Made by a program: the position numbers and the translations under genes. A stretch of 64,000 nt of DNA from Eledone cirrhosa (Eukaryota): the NCBI GenBank assembly GCA_964016885.1, contig OZ024752.1, positions 15,314,001 through 15,378,000 on the forward strand, in the 5' to 3' direction. The notes under the pieces were generated by a model, which searched no databases, was not told the origin of the DNA, and worked only from the letters and a program-made list of their open reading frames with translations. Positions 52,500-64,000 of this stretch are shown here, one piece after another. Position 1 is the stretch's first letter; each line of letters opens with the position of its first letter.

Positions 52500-52870
52500 A
52501 CCTATGATCAGCAATCTTGTGTAATGACCAAAAGAATAATTGGCCGAAATGGCGTTACGTAGAACGGTGTTTGGAGTAACATTACACGACAGAGTGCGTA
52601 AATCGGAGATCAGTGAATCACTCCAGGAAGTGAATTGGGGGATCACAACTCCGATATTATGGGCATATGGTTAGAATGGCCCAAGAAAGTATCTTTGGAC
52701 AGATTTTACGGGCAAAAGCAACCGGCAGGAGATCCAGGGATAGACCCCGAGCAAGTTGGTCGGATAACATCGATAAGCTTGGCTGGTTTCCCTTGCGGAT
52801 TCAGCCGGATCAGTTAGAGACAGTTGCTTCTTACCGAAGACCACCACGGCCCTCACAGGAATAAGTCGGC
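52500..52870 (+). mobile_element. RTE (Expander/Rex3-like) 3' fragment
   Basis: GVTLHDRVRKSEISESLQ..YGHMVRMAQE..GRRSRDRPRASWSDNI. Confidence 0.75.
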
Positions 52871-53547
52871 GATTCTAGATCGTATGCTCTATCTAATTTC
52901 CGAACGAAAAATGTTCAACGAGATAAATCTGATGTGTTCCTTTACCACCATATGTAATATATATCTTCATTCATATTATGTGAACATTATTCACGAAAAC
53001 GTTTTCAAACTCATTTGTTTGAATATAGAAAAAGCACATTCGACATATTATAGCCTATGAGAAGTTTCATGTAGGAGGATCATTGCTAACGTATTTACAG
53101 AATCTCTCCAGAGCACTGATGACATATAAAAAACAAAACAAAAAAAAAAAGAACATGAGAGACAGGTTCTACATTTCAAAAAATGATACCTTAAACATAA
53201 TGAATGTGCAAGGAAGAAATCGTTGGACTTGAGTCACTTTAGAGACACTGGCAAAATAATCTCATTCCGATTTGGGGACACAGTTTATACCTGACTGTTA
53301 AATATTCTATAGGCATAGAGGTTCGAGAATTGAAAAAAAGTTATGTAGAGAATCACTTGCTGATTACTATGGGGGTTATTGCAAATGCAACTGAAAGTGA
53401 CTTGGGGGTTAAGGAATTGATTCTGTCTTGCAATATCGTGCCGTTGTCGATCGTGGTGATACACATACCAAACACCAGTCAGACGGCCTGGATCTAATTT
53501 TCGTTTTGAAGTACACTTTAAAAGGTGAGAAATATATAGTGTAACCA

Positions 53548-53594
<47 letters not shown>

Positions 53595-53632
53595 AAGTAA
53601 CAAACAATGTAATCTGAGTTTTTAGAATATTA

Positions 53633-53820
53633 ATAATTGTTTCTATTGTAGGCACAAGGCCAGCAATAACCCAGTACATTACTGGTACTTTATTTTATCG
53701 ACCCCATAAGGATGAGAGGCAAAGTTAAGCTCGGCGGGATTTGAACTCAGATCATAATGGGACGTAACTCTATGCTTCAAAGCATGGTGTCCGACTCTCT
53801 ACCGATACTGCCAATCCACC
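53633..53820 (-). mobile_element. tRNA-derived SINE
   Basis: Family match. Confidence 0.88.
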
Positions 53821-54092
53821 TTTTCGAATATTAATAATAATATTCGATTCGTTTGCAATTATGCAAACAGCCACATTAAAGCCATGTCAGTAGAATGACC
53901 TCGTCATTCTCGATTACAAAAAGAAATTTGAAAATCGGCCTTGCGGATCAAAAGTTGCTGCGGAACAGACACACAAACATTTTCATTTTTATAGATATAG
54001 ATATGCGTGTGTGTTTATACATATATAATGTCCCAAGGCTCTGATACCATCAACACTATAAACACAGAGCTGGCATATCTAAGAACTGACTA

Positions 54093-54148
54093 ACTGCCTG
54101 ATGAGGTCATAGCCATTCAATGGCTATCATCGAAATATATATAGCAGT
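54093..54148 (+). ncRNA. Minimal type I hammerhead ribozyme
   Basis: actgc-CTGATGA-ggtcatagccat-tca-atggctatcatc-GAAA-tatata-TA-gcagt; aataaa follows. Confidence 0.87.
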
Positions 54149-54210
54149 AAATAAAGGATTATGAGTTCATGCAATTGACTAATGTTTCGTCACTATATAT
54201 ATATATATAA

Positions 54211-54391
54211 TACAATATGTTGAAAAGGTAACACACCAGAGAGAGATAGAGTGCGTTATCAAAGCGCACTGTATCTCTCTCTAGTGTGTTACCTTTTCAA
54301 CATATTGTATTTTAAAGAGCTCAGGATTTCCACTCCTTTGAGCACATTATTTACAGGGAACGACGAGAGTCTATGTCTCCGTTAATGTATC

Positions 54392-54393
<2 letters not shown>
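54211..54393 (+). mobile_element. Fold-back fragment of the 17268-17907 family
   Basis: 54211-54248 is the reverse complement of ~54273-54310; continues as the shared terminal repeat. Confidence 0.8.
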
Positions 54394-54445
<52 letters not shown>

Positions 54446-55522
54446 GAACGTCATGCACGGTATATAGGTTATAAATAAAAATGGATACGTTCGTACAAAG
54501 ACTGTCACATTCGTATATAAATGGACACAGGCATATATTAAGGATGTTAGCTTTATTTCTGGTGGAGAGATTGAGGTAAAATTAACCGAGATAGTGACAG
54601 ATAGTTTGAATAGCGGATGTTAAGGGAAATGGTGAATAGAGCAGTGACTGTGAAGTCGCATGCTCGTATTGAACACGATAATGAAAGATTAGGTGTGACA
54701 AATTATACAAACGAATGAAATGTAAGTACATACTGTAGATAAATGAATATATTTATAAATATACGGCTTATGGTGACGGAAATAAATATACTAATGATAA
54801 ATGTGTAGGCCTAGACAGGCGTTTCTAGAATGTTATGAGGATGATTTAGTTCATGAAATAAGGACATGGTAAAGGTCAATGGTGGTTACACTGGCTGGTG
54901 ACGGGCGTAAATATCATAACACACAATGTGTCCTGAATCTCAGGGAGATGATGCCAATCGTGTTAAAAAATAGCGATGAGGATGATGATAGTGATGAAAA
55001 GGATGATTGAGATTTTGGAGATGTTGCTGCCAGTTTTATGCCAAAGATGTTTAACAAAATTAACGATGGCGAAAGGAAAGCCAAATAAGTCAAACAAGTA
55101 TTATAGTAGTTGGCGGTGGGAGTAGCAATGAAACAATGGTGATAGTGACGATGAAGATAATAAAAATTGGTGCCTTTTATTGGATTGAGATACAGATAGG
55201 GGGTTTGAAAGTATTCGTAGACTAGTCAATACCAAGGAGGTCAGGGTCACCAGTTTTTAATAACTTACTTGAGTTGCACTACTGGTCAAAACACAGAGTA
55301 TTGTCGAAGAAGCTTTGAACATTTTGTAGAGACTATTTGGGTGCCATATACAGATCAATTATCGACACCAACCATCATAAATTTTACTTTCATACGTTCT
55401 GTCTCTGTTTTCTCGAGCATGTTGTTAGATTTGTACACTTTATGGATATCGATCAATTTGGAATTTCTCTGGGTTCATATGAAAAATGTTATTCTTATCC
55501 CGTCAGAATTAAATATATATAC

Positions 55523-55594
<72 letters not shown>

Positions 55595-55644
55595 GTACAT
55601 GTATATTCATACTTATATGTACATACATATATGTACATACATAA

Positions 55645-55692
<48 letters not shown>

Positions 55693-55789
55693 GTATATGT
55701 ACATTCATACTTACATGTACATACATATATGTACATACATAAATATATATATATATATATATATATGTAGATGCATACGTATATATACA

Positions 55790-56397
55790 TGGTGGCTGCC
55801 AACTCGTTTTCGAGTAATGCCACTACTTTATATCCATGCAGGAGAACTCCTACCGATGCGCTGAACTAATGTGACTTTAGTCCAGCCAGCGACTTGAAAA
55901 CTCTGGTACAAACACTACACCTGTGACAATTATTGACACATAGTGCTAGGCCCATGGTACTATGTGACGACAAGTGCAGAGAGATCTCCAGATATGAAGC
56001 AATGCCTGTGCCGTGAAGCTTTTATAGTGAGCAAAGGCACTGCACAAAGCCAGTCCCACTCTCTTTAACCAAGATGGTATTTACCAAAAAGAAGAACAAG
56101 TCAACATCATTCGATACCATCAGAGTTGCAGGTGCTATATCAGAGTTTTCCTTCTCCTAGAATTCTGCCCTGACAAAGGCTAAGGGGTCATCTCTCCCAT
56201 TGATTTTGGATGGCCATTGACACTTAAGAGCTCCTTTGCCCTTTGACAGGTTTTGTTTTTAGTCCTGCAGGATGTCCAAAGTCACCCTCCTCACCAAGGA
56301 ACCTTGGTGGGGTTGCCAGTTTTGTCGCCAATGACGCGACCATGAGACAGGTTGTACTGGGATACATGTTACCAGTAGCACCAACTGGTGACCTGAC
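55790..56397 (-). mobile_element. ~610-bp bipartite RTE-derived non-autonomous element
   Basis: RTE-like 5'UTR joined to a C2H2-like C-terminal remnant ([14 protein letters not shown]) and 3' hairpin ctcg-aaaa-cgag; flanked by (TATG)/(CATA) repeats. Confidence 0.8.
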
Positions 56398-56554
56398 ATA
56401 TATATATACATACATACATACACATACATACATACATGCATACATACATACATACATACAAATACACATACATACATATATACATACATACATACATATA
56501 CATACATACACACATATATATATATATACATACATACAAATACACATACATACA

Positions 56555-56590
<36 letters not shown>

Positions 56591-56649
56591 TACATATATA
56601 TATACACACATACATTTATACATATACATACATACACACATATATATAC

Positions 56650-56683
<34 letters not shown>

Positions 56684-56724
56684 TTACATACATATATATA
56701 TATATACATATATATACATACATA

Positions 56725-56756
<32 letters not shown>

Positions 56757-56758
56757 CA

Positions 56759-56792
<34 letters not shown>

Positions 56793-57050
56793 CATACATA
56801 CATACATATATATATACATACATACATACATACATACATACATACATACATTCATATACATACATACATATATATATATATATACATACATACATTCATA
56901 TACATACATACATATATATATATATACATACATACATTCATATACATACATACATCCATTAACATACTTACATATATATATATATACATACATACATTCA
57001 TATACATACATACTTATATATATATATATATACATACATACATATATATA

Positions 57051-57650
57051 TGGTGGCTGCCAACTCGTTTTCGAGTACGGCCTCTACTTTATATCCATGT
57101 AGGAGAACTCCTGCCGATGCGCTGACGAGTTTGACATTTTAGTCCAGCCAGCGACTTGAAAACTCTGGTACAAACACAACACTTGTGACAATTATTGACA
57201 CAGTGCTGGGCCCATGGTACCATGTGACGACAAGTGCAGAGAGATCTCCAGATATAAAGCAATGCCTTGAAGCTTTTATAGTGAGCAAAGGCACTGCACA
57301 AAGCCAGTCCCTCTCTCTTAACCAAGATGATATTTACCAAAAAGAAGAACAAGTCAACATCATTGGATACCATCAGGGTTGCAGGTGTTATATCAGAGTT
57401 TTCCTTCTCCTAGAATTCTGCCTTGACAAAGTCTAAGGGGTCATCTCTCCCGGTGATTTTGGATGGCCATTGACTCTTAAGAGCTCCTTTTCCCTTTGAC
57501 AGGTTTTGTTTTTAGTCCTGCAGGATGTCCAAAGTCACCCTCCTCAGCAAGAAACCTTGGTGGGGTTGCCAGTTTAGTCGCCAACGAGCCGACCATGGGA
57601 CAGGTTGTACTGGAATACATGTTACCAGTAGCACCAAGTGGTGACTTGAC
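57051..57650 (-). mobile_element. Bipartite RTE-derived element
   Basis: Close match to 55790-56397 along its length. Confidence 0.8.
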
Positions 57651-57696
57651 ATACATACATACATGCATACATACATACATACATGTATGTATATAT

Positions 57697-57780
57697 GTCA
57701 GGTCACCACTTGGTGCTACTGGTATGATGTATTCCTGTACAACCTGTCCCATGGTCGGGTCGTTGGCGACTAAACTGGCA
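57697..57780 (+). mobile_element. Inverted copy of the 5' ~84 bp of the preceding element
   Basis: Imperfect reverse complement of 57567-57650 around a (CATA)n/(TATG) spacer. Confidence 0.85.
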
Positions 57781-57964
57781 TATATATATATATGTGTATA
57801 TGTATGTATATAGTTCTGTTTCCTTACGAAAAAATACATTTCTGCGGCAGCGAGGCTACCCATAAGTTTATTGTATATAAACGTAGTATGAATCTTTATA
57901 TATGTTCCCCCTCTTTCTCTGTATATATTTATATATCTGTGTGTGTGTATATATATATATATAT

Positions 57965-58402
57965 ATACGATATATTAACAAATGAAACTATATTCGTAAA
58001 ACCATATTTATTTCATTATACATATTTCAAGGCCACAAGGCAAATTATGGTGCGCTTTCATGAGATAAAATATAATATAGATAAGTTTTATAAATAAATA
58101 TTGACATACCCTTAAAGAATGCGAACATTTCTGTTGGAAGCTCCCACAGAAATAGTCGCATTCTTTAAGGGTATGTCAATATTTATTTATAAAACTGATC
58201 TATATTATATTTTATGTGATGAAAGCGCACCATAATTTGAATTGGTGTCCTTGAAATATGTATAATGAAATAAATATGGTTTTATAAATATAGTTTCCAT
58301 TTGTTAATATATCGTATTTTTACTCCAATAATTTGTTGAGTGCTTTATATCAGTTATAAAAATATTTGCTTGTTGGATCCCAACAATTTAAATATAACTT
58401 CT
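57965..58402 (+). mobile_element. Family A fold-back pLTR fragment, both hammerhead cores mutated
   Basis: Arms ~57965-58135 / ~58146-58315; cores read GTGATGA (+) and CTCATGA (-). Confidence 0.8.
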
Positions 58403-59305
<903 letters not shown>

Positions 59306-59306
59306 T

Positions 59307-59915
59307 GTCAGGTCACCACTTGGTGCTACTGGTAACATTTTTCCCAGTACAACCTGTCTCATGGTCGGGTCGTTGGTGACTAAACTGGCAACCCCACCAA
59401 GATTTATTGGTGAGGAGGGTGACTTTGGACATCCTGCAGGGCTAAAAACAAAACCTGTCAAAGGGAAAAGGAGCTCTTAAGGATCAATGGCCATCCAGAA
59501 TCACCGGGAGAGATGACCCCTTAGCCTTTGTCAAGGCAGAATTCTAGGAGAAGGAAAACTCTGATATAACACCTGCAACCCTGATGGTATCCAATGATGT
59601 TGACTTGTTCTTCTTTTTGGTAAATATCATCTTGGTTAAGAGAGTGGGACTGGCTTTGTGCAATGCCATTGCTCACTATAAAAGCTTCACGGCACAGGCA
59701 TTGCTTTATATCTGGATATCTCTCTGCACTTGTCGTCACATGGTACCATGGGCCCAGCACTATGTGTCAATAATTGTCACAAGTGTAGTGTTTGTACTAG
59801 AGTTTTCAAGTCACTGGCTGGACTAAAAAGTCACACTCGTTCAGCGCATCGGTAAGGGTTCTCCTACATGGGTATAAAGTAGTGGCTGTACTCGAAAACG
59901 AGTTGGCAGCCACCA
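59307..59915 (+). mobile_element. Bipartite RTE-derived element
   Basis: Full copy, opposite orientation to 55790 and 57051. Confidence 0.82.
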
Positions 59916-59949
59916 TATGTATATATATATATATATATATACATATATG

Positions 59950-59991
<42 letters not shown>

Positions 59992-59993
59992 TG

Positions 59994-60048
<55 letters not shown>

Positions 60049-60052
60049 TATG

Positions 60053-60106
<54 letters not shown>

Positions 60107-60158
60107 TGTATGTATATATACATATATACATATATGGATGTGTATATATATATATACA

Positions 60159-60204
<46 letters not shown>

Positions 60205-60206
60205 TG

Positions 60207-60248
<42 letters not shown>

Positions 60249-60280
60249 TGTATGTATATATATATATATATATATATGCA

Positions 60281-60312
<32 letters not shown>

Positions 60313-60406
60313 GATATATATATATATATAGATATATATATATATGTATATATAGATATATATATATATGTATATATGTATGTATATATATATATATATA
60401 TATATA

Positions 60407-60626
60407 GCGTCGATGAATTATGTAAACTATATGTATGTGTTTGTGTCTATATTGTATCTGTATTATTTTTGACCGCCGGTCAGTCAATGGCAACATTGAG
60501 GACCGAGTAAGTTAGATCGCAGATACAAAAGACAGCGAGAAGCGAAAACCAACCAAACAGTGAGTGTGTTCTGTTATTAATTCTGGCAATATTACGCAAA
60601 TATGACCCTCCCCAAATATAACAATA
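60407..60626 (+). mobile_element. Solo 3' pLTR fragment of the 4735-7140 PLE family
   Basis: Reverse complement of ~4788-4995. Confidence 0.85.
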
Positions 60627-60692
60627 TATATATATAGATATATGTATATACATATATGTATGTATATATAGATATATATATATACATATATG

Positions 60693-60719
<27 letters not shown>

Positions 60720-60731
<12 letters not shown>

Positions 60732-61125
60732 CACGGGTACCAACAATTTTGGTACGCTATCATCAGATAAAATACAAAATGTTTTATAAATATTTGACAT
60801 AACCAAGGAGAATATACCTTAACGGTTCAAGTTATCCATGGATAGCTTGAACTATCGAACAATAACTTGAACCGTTAAGCTATTTTCTCCTTGGTTATGT
60901 CAACATTTATGAAACACACTTCGTATTTCATCTGATGATAGCGTACCAAAATGTTTAGTACCCTTGAAATATATATATAATAGAATAAATATTGCTTTAT
61001 AAATATAGTTTCCATTTATTTAATATCATTGTATATTATACTCCAGAAAATCTGTTGAGTGTTCTGAATCAGTTATAAACATTCATATTTGTTAAATTAC
61101 AAACAAATTGAATATCCCTTCTGCT
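60720..61125 (+). mobile_element. Family A fold-back pLTR fragment with hammerheads on both arms
   Basis: Arms ~60720-60832 / ~60865-60980; CTGATGA..gtac..gtac..GAAA at 60932-60969 and mirror at 60728-60766. Confidence 0.8.
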
Positions 61126-61143
61126 TATATATGTATGTATATA

Positions 61144-61179
<36 letters not shown>

Positions 61180-63230
61180 TATATGTATGTATATATATAT
61201 ATATATATAGTGTGTGTGTGTAGTTGTGATATATTAGCTTGCTTGTGTCTAGTTGACTCGCTTACAAATATATATTTATTACTCACTATACTGATTATTT
61301 GCTGTCATTTCTTTCTATTCATCGAAACCTTAATTTATTTTTTCTTAATTCTCAAGTACTATTCATGTTATAAAATATAATTATTACTACATATGACGTG
61401 TTAATGTTATTCTGCCTACCATTAAACTATCTTTCTATTATACAACTATATTACTTCAACGTCGAGCACGTTTCTCTTCATTAAAATGCATTTTGTTCCC
61501 TATCAGAATTAGTCTTTTTCATATAATATTCGTGACATTTACATTAGCATTCCATTCATATACGATCGTATATTGTTTATTTTATTGTGAGTCAATGGCA
61601 ACAGCCGTTCTATTTAGTAAAAATGTCAACAAAAACCATATTCATTATCACAATTAATTTCCATCAATTTCTTTAATTAATTTATTTTATTGTCAGTCAT
61701 CCTTTTTATTATAGCATTATGCAAATTTTCCAAAATATATTTGCAAATGTATTTTGTTTTTTTGCGCTCATTTGACAACAAACGAAATAAAAACCATCGA
61801 AATCATATTGAACATAATTAGTCATCACGTGATATTGAACCGTTACATGGCATTTATGTTCATACACACGCATCCTATGTATTTGAATTCAATTCTAAAA
61901 TATTTGTTATATGATCATAAAATGTATTGCCGGTATTTTAAGATTCGTTTCCGTAGAATATTGAAGATGGAAAGATAGTTAATCAGACCACTAATGTCCA
62001 TTCAAACTTTCTACAAGACTTTTCGTTTACTCGGTTAGCTTGGACAGCGACTGAATATAATTTTATTGAATTCTTCTCCGTTTTCTTGTGTATATGTAAA
62101 TGTTACGTAAATGTAACGTTTTCTCTGTCGTTCCATTCAGATTGTCCTCTATTACTTGAACCTAAACTCGGTTAGCCAATTAATACTTAGGAAACATATT
62201 TACAATGGGCCTTAAAACGCCATGATACAACGACGGATGCTCTACACTAGCCCATAATTTAGTAGCTATATTTGTCTTATCTTCGTGCTGATGTTTTTGG
62301 ACATGCTGTGATATCAAGAGACTGAAAATAAGCTTCACGGCTTCACCCATGCTTTAATATATGAGGGAACCTGCATAATATGGTTCAATACACATCAATG
62401 TAGTTTCATTAAACATCGATGATCAGGCTACAGTGTTCTGTTGACGAAAATTAAGAAAGACCACAATCATTTGAGACAATAAGTTCCAGCCAAAGAGCAG
62501 CGCCACTTACTGGCGTGGGACTTCTAAATGTTAAATAGAAATTACTCAGTGATGTAGACTATTATCGAATTAGTAGAGTTGCAACTGGCTACATGTAAGA
62601 AGAGTGCTTATTTTGCGCAGTGAAAACTGGGAAGGTAAATCACTAATGATTTCTTTCGATAAACAATTTCCTATACTTCTGTTGGCTAAATCTCTAGAGG
62701 CATTGAAAATATAGGTTGCTAGGCTCCAGTAGAATATAAGTTTGTCCAAAAGATGATCAGAAATGATAAACCAATATTTCAGAGGATATCTCCTGGAGAT
62801 AGAGATTGTAATAGAAAGTAGAATTTATGCTAGCAGTCAACGCCCATGGACATGTAAATCACCGAATTGAATGATTTATATTATTATATATGTACACATA
62901 CAATTCTAAGAATCTTTCCTTGTTAAAAGAGAGACAATGCTTACGATTGTTTCAAGAGCTGCAAATTAAATTAAATATCTTGTGACAAATTCAGGGGGTG
63001 AAAATATAAACGCGTTTTTATAGAAATCGTTTTAAATAAGTCCTTGAAATTACTCATTCTCTGAGATTTCCATTAATAATTAGGAAAGATAGACGACAAA
63101 TGATCGTACTTCATCGCCAACGGTTACCAACCACACTTTTTTTACTGAACACAAGTTCTGTTGTTGAATGCCTCTAAGAGAACTGTTACTACATCTTCTA
63201 CTTTGGCCGGAAAATACATGCAACGAACAG

Positions 63231-63284
<54 letters not shown>

Positions 63285-63737
63285 CCACATTTATGTGTGA
63301 ATTGTATTTTGTGTTTAGAATTGTATGTATGTATTGTATGTATCGTTCATAAATATATATTTCATACACAGAACCTATTTAGCAAATCATTATAACAAAT
63401 GTTTTCACCAGAATTGCATGACATACAGACAGACCTTCTTGAAGTTGGTACACGGTGGAAAGATATGACAAAAGCCACAGGCTCTTCGGTTAGCAGACAA
63501 CCACAGCAGGGATTTAATTTATCTCTTCATGTTTTCATTCTTTCTAATCTATTTGTGTTACTGAAATCCCTGACGGAACACTTATCAGAGTCACCTTAGA
63601 CATATAACAAATACTAAGTTGGACACTGGGTAAAATGATGTTTGGAAAATGGCAATTATTGCCACAATGAGCAGAATATGATTCTTGGTTGGAGATTTCT
63701 GACATACATTACATTAACGTAACAGGATTGTTGTATG

Positions 63738-63890
63738 CAGGGCAAAGCATAGAGTTACCTCCCTTTATGATCTGAGTTCAAATCCCGCTGAGGTTAACTT
63801 TGCCTTTCATCCTTACGGGGTCGATAAAATAAAGTACCAGTAATGCACTGGGATATTTGCTGTCCTGGTGCCAAAAGTAGAAACAATTAT
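63738..63890 (+). mobile_element. tRNA-derived SINE (5'-truncated)
   Basis: B-box, core and tail match. Confidence 0.85.
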
Positions 63891-64000
63891 ATATCATAAC
63901 ATTGGATAAATGTAAGCAAAGTTGCACATATCTATTAGTATTACAGGCCGACGGAGATCAATGATTTGGTTAATTTCGAAAGAGTCATTGCAATTAGTCA

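Noticed and set aside
55270-55510. PLE RT N-terminal remnant (KVxKS-like) on the minus strand
   Set aside because: Too degraded to support without a profile search.

Overview
AT-rich animal genomic DNA with no recognisable host-gene exon; most long ORFs in the track are (TA)n/(TATG)n translation artefacts. The abundant tRNA-derived SINE resembles SINEs described from octopus, so a cephalopod origin is inferred. The window is a nest of retroelements in TA microsatellites: decayed Penelope-like elements (PLEs; RT and GIY-YIG fragments), RTE, Tx1/L1 and R4/Dong-type LINE fragments, a ~610-bp bipartite non-autonomous RTE derivative, about 20 SINE copies and one hAT-type MITE. The standout is 7303-14531: a 467-bp non-coding, highly self-complementary unit repeated ~10.7 times head-to-tail, then ~4.8 times inverted after a fold-back hairpin. 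The units are essentially identical and carry 16 copies of a minimal type I hammerhead ribozyme. This fits a retrozyme (circular-RNA retroelement) inserted by rolling-circle reverse transcription followed by snap-back second-strand synthesis. About a dozen other hammerhead motifs from several families, and at least seven other fold-back insertions of the same or similar geometry, are scattered through the window.
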